Origin: a virus
Lineage: Duplodnaviria; Caudoviricetes
Length of the DNA: 64,000 bases
Strand: one strand, 5' to 3'
IMG/VR virus record: IMGVR_UViG_3300031519_008340
Coordinates: 1-64,000 of that record
Shown here: one piece after another, positions 56,057-64,000 of the stretch
How positions within the stretch are numbered: the stretch's first letter is position 1
Layout of the letters: each line of letters begins with the position of its first letter
Program-made: the position numbers and the translations under genes
The notes under the pieces: model-generated
What the model was told of the DNA's origin: nothing
What the model saw: only the letters and a program-made list of their open reading frames with translations
The model's database searches: none

Positions 56057-56977
56057 TTACTTTTTGCTTTTGATCTTGTCAGCAATATTGTGAGCTTTTT
56101 TAATTGTGCTTTTTTCTAAAGGTGGTTTGTCACCAGTTGATTTCATTGCTTGAGCCATACCGATTGCATAAGGTGATTGTTTTTTAGCTTCTGCTTGGTA
56201 AGTTTTTTTGAAACTTTCGTACTGTGTAGTCAAACTGTTAGCAAGGTCTTCTGCTGTAAGTTCGTTGTCGCCTGGATGGCCTTTTTTGACTTGAACTTTT
56301 TGTCTGTTTAATCCACCCGAGTGTAAATTTACTAAATCATCAATTGATTGAACTTTTTGATCACCGTGATATCCTGCTGGCGAATTTGCAAGTTCTGTTT
56401 CATCAGTTGGCATATCTGTTGGTTCTTCTGCACCCATCATTTTTGCATCAACTGGTTTTACACCTGCTAGTTTTAAAATTTGCATCATCATACCCATTTC
56501 TTGTGGACTGTCTGAGGTTACGTGAATGTCTTCTTTAATTTCTTTTTTCATTTCTTTATCCTTTGCCGCTTTTTTCATTGGCTCTGTTTTGTTACCGTCT
56601 TTGTCTAAGTCGATATAATCTGGTTTTGCTTTTGTTTCAACAGTTGGTTCTACAGTTTCTTCAACTGCTTTTCCCATGTCATCAAATTTTTCATCAACCA
56701 TCTTCATTGCAGTTTCTATTTCGTAACTTTGTGGAAATGTTGCTTTGGTTTTTTCTGTAGCCATTGCTTTCATTACATCCGCTTTTGGCATTTTAAGATC
56801 ACCGTTATCATCAACGTAATCTCCAATAAATTCTTGTGCACCAATGTGTACATCTGACATTCCGCCAACTTCGTCCATTTTAGGTTGAGTCATTTCAGTG
56901 CTTTTAATTGCATCACCAACACTTTGTCCTGCTCTTTCGTATTCTCTTAACTTTGCTAGTATGTCGATCATTTCCAT
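56057..56977 (-). CDS. acidic low-complexity protein, possible prohead core/internal protein
   Basis: Glu/Lys/Met-rich; structural cluster. Confidence 0.55.
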   Translation of the reverse strand: MEMIDILAKLREYERAGQSVGDAIKSTEMTQPKMDEVGGMSDVHIGAQEFIGDYVDDNGDLKMPKADVMKAMATEKTKATFPQSYEIETAMKMVDEKFDDMGKAVEETVEPTVETKAKPDYIDLDKDGNKTEPMKKAAKDKEMKKEIKEDIHVTSDSPQEMGMMMQILKLAGVKPVDAKMMGAEEPTDMPTDETELANSPAGYHGDQKVQSIDDLVNLHSGGLNRQKVQVKKGHPGDNELTAEDLANSLTTQYESFKKTYQAEAKKQSPYAIGMAQAMKSTGDKPPLEKSTIKKAHNIADKIKSKK

Positions 56978-56981
56978 AGTG

Positions 56982-57587
56982 TTATTTCCTTTTTGGGTCT
57001 GGGTGTTTGTTGTCTGATTTGCTTAATGGACTCATTGTACCTTTTGGATTTTTTTCCATTTGTGGTTGTGCAGTTTCTTTTTTCTCTGCTTCAATTTTTT
57101 CTTTTCTGTCTTTTAATAATTGTTTAAACAAACTTTGATTTGCTTGGTCGCCAAATGCTTTTTCTTTTGGAACTTCTGGTGCATCTTTGTATTCCACATC
57201 TTGTAGAACTGATTTAAATTCTGATTCGTCTTTTTCTTTAGCCATAGCGTCTTGATATTCTTCAGTTGCTTCACCTGGCTTTTTAACAACAACTTGATTT
57301 CTTGCTAGATTCATATAATTGGCAATGTATTCTGCCATTTCAAATACAGACGCTGGATAATTTGTTGTTAATTCGTAAATTGTAACATTTGTATTTTTAA
57401 ATTGTGGGAAGTCTAACGGTGCTTCTTGTATTGGAGTTGTTTTACCTGCTGAAAGTTTTTCAACTTCAAATTTTTGAAGTCCTTGTTCTAATTTTGTACC
57501 AAAATCTTTGTCTAATTCGCCTGCTACTTTAATACGATAATCGTATTGTTGTGCAGATTCTGATAGATATTTTCTGAAATCACCCAT
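56982..57587 (-). CDS. conserved hypothetical structural-cluster protein
   Basis: TAAATA 7 nt upstream of the ATG. Confidence 0.65.
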   Translation of the reverse strand: MGDFRKYLSESAQQYDYRIKVAGELDKDFGTKLEQGLQKFEVEKLSAGKTTPIQEAPLDFPQFKNTNVTIYELTTNYPASVFEMAEYIANYMNLARNQVVVKKPGEATEEYQDAMAKEKDESEFKSVLQDVEYKDAPEVPKEKAFGDQANQSLFKQLLKDRKEKIEAEKKETAQPQMEKNPKGTMSPLSKSDNKHPDPKRK

Positions 57588-57597
57588 AGTGCTGTAT

Positions 57598-58116
57598 TTA
57601 GTCTTTCTTCATTAGTTTTTTCATTAATTCGTTTCGATCTGTTATTATAGTGCCCTCTGCTTCTACAGTGTCGCCTATATCGTCATTGCCATCCTTGTCA
57701 ATTTTGAGCTTTTTTAACTGTAATTCTACCATTTTAAGTTTCTTATCAATCTTGTTACTTTTGGCATCTATTGCGTTCCTTAACATTGTACTTGCAACTT
57801 CAAATATTCTACCAGAATATCTAGAGTCTACGTTCATTCCTAAATCCATTAAGTTTTTATATGACTCTTCCGCCTCTAATGCTAACTTGTCTAGTTCTAG
57901 ATCTGATAACTCACCCAGTCCTTTTACTTGGGGCAAAGCGGCGGCAACTTTATCAAATTCTGCATACGTTTTTTTTAAAGCTTCTTGTGTTTTAGGATCA
58001 AGATTTTTTCCTACTATGTTTTCATTAAACTTTTTTTCTTTATCTTTTTTGTCTACTTTTGAAAACTCAGCTTTAACATTTGGTAAATTAAGTATTTCTT
58101 CTAATTTTTTTGTCAT
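57598..58116 (-). CDS. putative terminase small subunit
   Basis: helical/coiled-coil, C-terminal DRNELMKKL; position near gp4-like and gp17. Confidence 0.5.
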   Translation of the reverse strand: MTKKLEEILNLPNVKAEFSKVDKKDKEKKFNENIVGKNLDPKTQEALKKTYAEFDKVAAALPQVKGLGELSDLELDKLALEAEESYKNLMDLGMNVDSRYSGRIFEVASTMLRNAIDAKSNKIDKKLKMVELQLKKLKIDKDGNDDIGDTVEAEGTIITDRNELMKKLMKKD

Positions 58117-58123
58117 GTTTTAT

Positions 58124-58567
58124 TTACTTACGAGTTCCGTTATGAAATAAGTCTTCTTCTGACACAACTCTAAATCTAATTTTTCTTTGCTTTGCATAGG
58201 CAGTGGCCGCTTCCCATTTAGCGTAATTGATAACAACTTGCTTTCTTTTGCCCATACTTTTACCAGCCGCCTCCATGGTCATTTGCGATTTAGGTTTAAC
58301 TTCAACCATCTCGGCATGTTTTTTTCCGTTCTTGTCCATGTAAACTATAAAAAAATCTGGAACATAGACTGTGTACTTTCCTGATATAGGATGTCTGTAG
58401 GGAATTTTTATAGATTCGCTAGCCCATTGATATACATTTGGGTGTTCATCACACAATCTCATAAATGAATGTTCCCAACTACTTCTGTATGTTGGTGTTT
58501 TTAAGCCAATGTATTTTCCTGTGTTTTTTGGCGAAAACTTTCCTCGAGCAAATCTTGGAAGAGTCAT
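58124..58567 (-). CDS. gp4: head completion nuclease (gp4-like, TnsA N-terminal fold)
   Basis: YRSSWE, WASE, YVPDF, EVKP, NYAKWEAA. Confidence 0.9.
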   Translation of the reverse strand: MTLPRFARGKFSPKNTGKYIGLKTPTYRSSWEHSFMRLCDEHPNVYQWASESIKIPYRHPISGKYTVYVPDFFIVYMDKNGKKHAEMVEVKPKSQMTMEAAGKSMGKRKQVVINYAKWEAATAYAKQRKIRFRVVSEEDLFHNGTRK

Positions 58568-58944
58568 TAGTCAACTATGTTTCTTGATACAACGTCTTTA
58601 GCAGTTCTATTTGTTCTTACTCCTAATCTACTAGACTTGTATCTGTTGGCATTAAGAATTGTTGAAACTAATTCTGAAAGTGTTGTGGGATTAGCATAAG
58701 TCAATGAATCAAGTATTTTACCAATTGGTGTGCTATCAATTTTTGCCTGTTTAAGAATCATATATGCGGTATCTTCAGCAGTTTGTCTTGAGAATCCTCT
58801 CTTAACAAAAAAGCCAATAGTAGAATCATAATCATTTACATTAAATTGGAATTTTTCTTGATACACATTCTTGACTAAATTGTCTTGTGTCTTGTCTAAA
58901 CTGTCTTTGTCTTTTTGTGGAAGATTTGAATAAAATTCACTCAT
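58567..58944 (-). CDS. hypothetical protein, structural cluster
   Basis: ORF coupled to neighbours by TAATG overlaps. Confidence 0.7.
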   Translation of the reverse strand: MSEFYSNLPQKDKDSLDKTQDNLVKNVYQEKFQFNVNDYDSTIGFFVKRGFSRQTAEDTAYMILKQAKIDSTPIGKILDSLTYANPTTLSELVSTILNANRYKSSRLGVRTNRTAKDVVSRNIVD

Positions 58945-60350
58945 TATACATTAACCTTTTCTGCTGTTATACTAACGTTTTGTGTGTTTCTACTTATTTT
59001 TAAATATCCAGTAGCAACTAAATTATTCACTTTAGTATTGACTTGATTTCTATATACATCTTTTGCAATATTACTTAGAGCGGCATATGCAATGTCACTT
59101 TCGGCTATTGTAATATTATTTCTAGATCCTACTTGTTGATAGTACAATGCGGATGCAACTTTGTCTTTTGCAATTTCATTAGTAGTAACTAAAGTTGTTG
59201 CTTCGGTAGGAGTTAAAAAATCACCGTAACTTACATTGGCTGTAGCAACAACATTTGTGTTAGTAGCGTTGTTGCTGTCAATATATCCTTTTGCTGTGGC
59301 AAGAGCCGCAACTGTTGCAACATTGGCAACTGCGGCACTTCCTACACTGAAGTTTCCTACAGGATTAGTAATTGTGCCGGCTTGTTTGCCAAAATCAATT
59401 ACTCCTTCTTTTACAATTCCTTTTATTTCTTCTTTGACTGCATCTTTGGCCTTAATTTTTTTTGCATTGTTGTAAGTGTTGATGCCTCTCAAAATTGTTG
59501 CCACACTAAAATTATTGTCGTTAATATCTCTTATAACAGAACCAATACCGTCCACTATACCTCCTGGACCAAATATGCTTGTAGTGCCTCCACCTAATAC
59601 TGATAAAGGAGAAGGTTCCAAGTCATAATGTATTTTTGCAAAACCAGGAACGCCGTTATTTTTTACAAGTCCCGCACCATATAGAACTGTTTCATAAAAT
59701 ATTTGCATAGTATTTTGCATAATCCCTTGTCCGTCTGTTTGGTCAAGATTATCATGAGACCATGATCCAATGACCGGATTAACCAGTGTGAATGATGTAA
59801 ATCTTTGTTTGTGTAAACAAAATATTTCTATGTTTTTTAAGAAAGGTTTTTTTCTCTTTTGGGCACCATCTCTTCCGTATTGAGTAACCAATCCATCACT
59901 TAGTGGATCATACATATTGTCTTTAGTATTATTGCCGTTCAGGCCAAACTCTGCAGTCAGAGAATCTGCTATGTTGTATTCATAATATGCTTTCCAAAAA
60001 GCATTCACAGTATCGGCATGATCGTCATGGAATGTAATTGTCACAGGTGCGTAGCTTATTTTGGTTCCTATATAAGTTTTTTTATTGTACTGTTGCTTTT
60101 CTTCTAAGTTCATGTCAAATTTTGGAAGGTCAGCATTCTTTACTAACATATTAAGTTCTAATTGTTCGTTGTTTGTAAATGCTCTGAAAGGAATAGTATT
60201 GTCAATGTTGAAAACTGTATGAAATAAAAATTTCTGTTTTGGTAAAAGTTTAAAGTTGTCATCAAGATACAATCTCGAAGCATGACGATAATCTTTCATG
60301 CCGGGTAAACCGTTTGAAAATGAATTTAAAAAGTTGTTTATACTTGGCAT
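58944..60350 (-). CDS. tail-tube-like/baseplate junction protein
   Basis: gp19-like N-terminal domain (YAPVTITFHDD...W) with long extension; start trimmed to M at 60350. Confidence 0.7.
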   Translation of the reverse strand: MPSINNFLNSFSNGLPGMKDYRHASRLYLDDNFKLLPKQKFLFHTVFNIDNTIPFRAFTNNEQLELNMLVKNADLPKFDMNLEEKQQYNKKTYIGTKISYAPVTITFHDDHADTVNAFWKAYYEYNIADSLTAEFGLNGNNTKDNMYDPLSDGLVTQYGRDGAQKRKKPFLKNIEIFCLHKQRFTSFTLVNPVIGSWSHDNLDQTDGQGIMQNTMQIFYETVLYGAGLVKNNGVPGFAKIHYDLEPSPLSVLGGGTTSIFGPGGIVDGIGSVIRDINDNNFSVATILRGINTYNNAKKIKAKDAVKEEIKGIVKEGVIDFGKQAGTITNPVGNFSVGSAAVANVATVAALATAKGYIDSNNATNTNVVATANVSYGDFLTPTEATTLVTTNEIAKDKVASALYYQQVGSRNNITIAESDIAYAALSNIAKDVYRNQVNTKVNNLVATGYLKISRNTQNVSITAEKVNV

Positions 60351-60367
60351 AATGATATTTATGGCCA

Positions 60368-60398
60368 TAAAAAAAGCGCCGTTAAAGGCGCTCTTTTT
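60368..60398. terminator. intrinsic terminator (bidirectional geometry) after the tail tube gene
   Basis: A7-AGCGCC-GTTAAA-GGCGCT-CTTTTT. Confidence 0.85.
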
Positions 60399-60421
60399 AC
60401 TTTACAAATGCGAATTTTTTA

Positions 60422-61048
60422 TTAGATACCACCGCCAGTTGCTAGAGTGCTTATTGTTCTAGTTACTGCTGTGCCTATTCCTGTTCCTTGTGGAGTTTGA
60501 ATAGCATTGTCGTATCTGATGTTCATAGTAATTGTTGCTGGATCTGATGTAGCATACGCCAATGTGTTGTAGTTCACTGACTCAATGTAAGCACCATATA
60601 ATTCAAATGTTTCTAATACATTTGGAGTACTTGCACCGTTACCACCATCAAGCATTTCAATTCTTGAAGTAAATTTGTAATCAATACCAGATGCCGCTGA
60701 TGCTTGTTCAAAGAAATCAAATTGTTTCTGAACTTGTTCACCAACTAATTTAGTCACTGCGTTGTTTACGTCATCTCTTACTGTTATGGTAATTGGATCC
60801 CAAGTATGTTTGCCTGCCATGTAAACTTTTGAGTTGTAAACATCTAGTGTTATGTTGTCAAAAGTTAAATTTGGTCTTGAAGCATCTATTACTTGTTTTG
60901 TTAATTCTGACCTTGGAGTAGAAACACCAAAGTTTTCCAATATTACTCTAAAACGATACTGTAATTTTGGCATCAACAAACCTTGTGATGCTGAACTTTG
61001 GTCGTTTGCTAAAGGTACTGTAAATTTTGATAAAGTCGATATTGCCAT
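60422..61048 (-). CDS. gp19: tail tube protein (gp19-like)
   Basis: GKHTWDPITITVRDD, FELYGAY; directly after the sheath; SD GGAG. Confidence 0.9.
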   Translation of the reverse strand: MAISTLSKFTVPLANDQSSASQGLLMPKLQYRFRVILENFGVSTPRSELTKQVIDASRPNLTFDNITLDVYNSKVYMAGKHTWDPITITVRDDVNNAVTKLVGEQVQKQFDFFEQASAASGIDYKFTSRIEMLDGGNGASTPNVLETFELYGAYIESVNYNTLAYATSDPATITMNIRYDNAIQTPQGTGIGTAVTRTISTLATGGGI

Positions 61049-61072
61049 ATGTTTCTCCTATTTATTCCAAAA

Positions 61073-64000
61073 TTAGTTCCCTAAATTTGCAATCTCTCCT
61101 GTGTTTTTAATTCTTAATGGTATGTAGATAAATTCAACTGATTTAACTGGCTCAATTGCTATGTCAACATATAGTTCATTTCTGTCTATTCTAGTAGGTG
61201 TGTTGTTTGTATCATCACAAACTACTAAGAAGTCAAATAATGCTCTTTGTCCAACAAGTTCTAACATGAACGATTCAATTGCTTGTTTAATTTCATTTCT
61301 AGTTAATTGATCATTAGGTTCGAATATGAAAGGTTTTGCAATAGCATCTAATTGTGTTCTTAAAAACACAACCAATCTTGAAACATTTATTCTGTCAAGA
61401 GCTGATGTACCCGATACTTTAGTTAAGTTTCCAAAGTTTACTATACCTGCTCCGCTAAAGAAAGTAATTGGATTTATTTTTGCTGTGTGTAATGCATCTC
61501 TAGTTGATTCAGTTAATGACACTGCTTCAAACTCGCCAGTAGCACTGTCTATGTGACCTACTCCTGTTGCATTGTCAACAATACCTCTTCTAGTACCCGC
61601 TGGTGCAAACCATGGGAAGCCAATGTTGTCGTTGTTTGCCAACACTCTTAATATCATGTGTGCTGGTGGAACAACAATTGCTGTACCTGTGTTGTCTGTA
61701 GTCTGACCTGAAGGATAAAATATTCCTAATTGGTCACTTGCAGATGTTAGGCCGTCTTCGCCGTCGCTTGTTGCGCCTGCTGAATTATTTGCCCAGTTGC
61801 TCACTGCTGTTGATGTACCTGCCAGTCTTAATGGTGTGTCACCTACTACAAACGCTGTACTGTTTCTGTCTGTGTTTAGGCCAATCATGTTAGATATAAC
61901 TTCTGGGTAACCAGGACAAGCAATAACATTAAATCCTCTTTGATCTTCTCTAATGGCTTGGTTTGTATCTATCTCTGATTTTAATTGATTTACAACAACT
62001 TGTCTCTGTGCTTTTCTTCCAAAAGTTCCAGAACCGTCTGCATTATTAGTAGATTTTGTAACCCATCTGTCTGGATAGTAATTGTTTACTGTTTCGTTAC
62101 TTTGTCTTACGTTTCCTAAGCCAGTTGAACCCGAACCTGGGTATACAGTTGTTGATATGTAATTGTTTTTGTATTCTTTAACATTGTATCCTGATCTTCT
62201 TGTGTTGAATAACAATATAGATTGTGGAAATAAAGCCGGATCAGGAGCATCTGGATCTAAAAAGTCATCGCTTAAAAGATCTTTTATTGAACTTGCTGTT
62301 CCTGCACCTGTAGCACTGCCTGGTTTAGCATCTGCTGTGGTATGATATCTTGCATCTGCAAATAGAACTCCGTCTTCTGTTGTTTGATCTGCTTTGTCAA
62401 TTAGTTCAAATTTAGCACCTGTTGTTGTAACAGTTGTTCCATTTGAAGTGTTTGTTGAACTTATTGTTGCAGATGTGTTGTATCTGTAAAGTTGTGGATA
62501 GTTTTCTAAGTCTGACGTGTCAATCCATAAGTCATTGTTAGCCAATGCTGTACCATCTGATTGTGTAGTTGGTTCAGTTGCACTAAACTGTGGACCATTT
62601 GGATCTGTACTTGCATAAACTTCTAAGTAACCTTTGAACGTTGTACCATTGTGTACCATGATGTCAGCATCTAAGTTTGTATTGTACCATAATGTTCCGT
62701 CTGCTGGTTCATTTGTTGGTTCAGTTGTTGATGCTGTGTACGATAGACGCTTCCAATTTGTTGCAATTATTGTTGCTGGAAGTGCTGTTGAATCTTCTGT
62801 AGCACCTGCTGGTACATCATAAAGATTGTCTATTAATGTTGATGAATTTGTTGTGAATGTGCCATACGAATGAGCAGTTGAGGCACTAAAGCCTGCAGTT
62901 GCTAATGGAGTATTGGTTACATCATACATTCTAATCTCACCACCTAGTTTGTGTTTGATTTGAATTGCACCTTTGAATTGTCCTGAAGACACCACTGATG
63001 CTTCAACGTTTGTAAATCCTGCACTTGATATGCCTGCTACAAAGTCTTCTGCGTCTGCAACTGTTGAACCATCTAAGTTGGAAACTGTTACAGTCTTGCT
63101 TGAAAGTGCCGCTTGTCCTTTTATAGATTCAGCCATAACAAAAGTACCCTGTAATGCAGTTGCAAATGTAGTTTTTGAAGTTACAATTGTTTCTCCACCT
63201 TCGTATCTTAATATTTGGAAATCACCTACTGGTAATGTTACGTCAGTGTCGTTGACAGCAGTTTGTTCTGTAACATTAAATTGTGCATATAAGTCGCCTG
63301 CTGTTAATCCTGTTCCACCTAAGTTTGGATCTAAGTTGAAAATAGCAGTGTGGTTGTTAGCATACATTGGTGTACTAACTGTACTGAAAGAAGCTGTAGT
63401 TGAACTGTATAATTTTGAAATTATGTCAGTTCCACCATTAGGTGTTGTAGTTTTAAACCAAACCGATCCTGTTGGTCTGTCATCTTCTGCAGTTTTCCAA
63501 GTTGGTCTGCTAGAGTGTGCCGCTTGTAAAAATTCTGCACCTTTATAAGTGCCTGCTGTGATACCTGTTGTTGTTAAAATTGTACCTGTGCCAGCTTCGA
63601 TGTCTATTGTGTTAGCACCGCCTACTGAATCACCATAGTTTGTACCGTTGTGATAAATTTCAACTTTTCCTGAAACTGCATCAACTGCCGCTGTAACACC
63701 TGGAACTGCCGCATTGTTTATTGAAGTTGCTAAGTTTGCAAAAGTTGTTCCTGATAAGGTTACTGTAACTCCATTTATAACAATCGTGTGTGCGTTTGTT
63801 AATGTGCCTGATGTTGCAGTTCCTTCAATTGTTGGATGACTAATGTGCCAATCAGTTGACCCTACTTGTACCCAACTGTTGGCGTCGTTTTTAAAATATA
63901 TTGGATTAGTTACTGTTGTAGTGTTTATAGCGTATTGGCCTTTTGAACCATAACTTGTTAAAGGTGCTCCTGTAGTTGAACCTCCTACTAAGTCACTTGT
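61073..64000 (-). CDS. gp18: contractile tail sheath protein (gp18-like), 5'-truncated by the window edge
   Basis: frame stays open from 64000 (in frame with ATG 63367); WFAPAGTRRG, INPI, DRINVSRL, FEPND, EPVKSVEFIYI. Confidence 0.95.
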   Translation of the reverse strand, partial: TSDLVGGSTTGAPLTSYGSKGQYAINTTTVTNPIYFKNDANSWVQVGSTDWHISHPTIEGTATSGTLTNAHTIVINGVTVTLSGTTFANLATSINNAAVPGVTAAVDAVSGKVEIYHNGTNYGDSVGGANTIDIEAGTGTILTTTGITAGTYKGAEFLQAAHSSRPTWKTAEDDRPTGSVWFKTTTPNGGTDIISKLYSSTTASFSTVSTPMYANNHTAIFNLDPNLGGTGLTAGDLYAQFNVTEQTAVNDTDVTLPVGDFQILRYEGGETIVTSKTTFATALQGTFVMAESIKGQAALSSKTVTVSNLDGSTVADAEDFVAGISSAGFTNVEASVVSSGQFKGAIQIKHKLGGEIRMYDVTNTPLATAGFSASTAHSYGTFTTNSSTLIDNLYDVPAGATEDSTALPATIIATNWKRLSYTASTTEPTNEPADGTLWYNTNLDADIMVHNGTTFKGYLEVYASTDPNGPQFSATEPTTQSDGTALANNDLWIDTSDLENYPQLYRYNTSATISSTNTSNGTTVTTTGAKFELIDKADQTTEDGVLFADARYHTTADAKPGSATGAGTASSIKDLLSDDFLDPDAPDPALFPQSILLFNTRRSGYNVKEYKNNYISTTVYPGSGSTGLGNVRQSNETVNNYYPDRWVTKSTNNADGSGTFGRKAQRQVVVNQLKSEIDTNQAIREDQRGFNVIACPGYPEVISNMIGLNTDRNSTAFVVGDTPLRLAGTSTAVSNWANNSAGATSDGEDGLTSASDQLGIFYPSGQTTDNTGTAIVVPPAHMILRVLANNDNIGFPWFAPAGTRRGIVDNATGVGHIDSATGEFEAVSLTESTRDALHTAKINPITFFSGAGIVNFGNLTKVSGTSALDRINVSRLVVFLRTQLDAIAKPFIFEPNDQLTRNEIKQAIESFMLELVGQRALFDFLVVCDDTNNTPTRIDRNELYVDIAIEPVKSVEFIYIPLRIKNTGEIANLGN

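Larger units (their letters stand above)
483..60361. promoter_or_regulatory. recurrent T4-late-like promoter core (TA)TAAATA placed 4-7 nt before start codons
   Basis: at 483, 6421, 12914, 13684, 16039, 16050, 25023, 34153, 45611, 45622, 52870, 56027, 57595, 58121 and 60356. Confidence 0.8.

Noticed and set aside
5674-63548. Numerous 60-190 aa ORFs antisense to well-supported genes (e.g. 21111..21677, 48448..49005, 57650..58150, 62973..63548)
   Set aside because: They are fully embedded opposite conserved genes, lack motifs and start signals, and are typical shadow ORFs.
1-64000. Alternative genetic code (stop-codon recoding as in some jumbo phages)
   Set aside because: Conserved genes are full length under code 11, TAG and TAA terminate genes normally, and no suppressor tRNA is seen.

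Overview
A 64-kb AT-rich segment of a large myovirus (T4-like/jumbo-type tailed phage). The host is probably a marine alphaproteobacterium such as SAR11, inferred from the SufB, FdxA, L33 and ClpP sequence types. Most genes are on the minus strand. Right end: morphogenesis (tail sheath truncated by the window edge, tail tube, head-completion nuclease, terminase). Centre: replication and recombination (gp32, UvsX, UvsY, UvsW, clamp-loader subunit, primase, helicase, two family-C polymerase ORFs, endonuclease III). Interleaved is a very large set of glycan synthesis/modification genes (glycosyltransferases, FkbM/TylF methyltransferases, SGNH-like proteins, sulfotransferase plus APS kinase, AsnB-like amidotransferase, 2OG-Fe(II) oxygenases), an Fe-S kit (SufB, DUF59/SufT, ferredoxin, three radical SAM enzymes), a TctC/TctA-like transporter, ClpP, ribosomal protein L33, and tRNA-Thr(GGT) and tRNA-Glu(TTC). 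The most unusual signals are non-coding. (i) A ~100-nt promoter-driven element resembles a miniaturised piece of 23S rRNA domain I. (ii) A promoter-driven type-II tRNA-like RNA has an 8-nt anticodon loop and a hairpin inserted in its T-loop, followed by a pseudoknot/switch. (iii) A 5'UTR is built from tandem 24-nt hairpin/pseudoknot units that end in the Shine-Dalgarno. (iv) Promoters abut start codons throughout (leaderless architecture). (v) A 28-nt intragenic self-copy is flanked by an 8-bp duplication. All annotation is by eye from motifs; no database searches were run.
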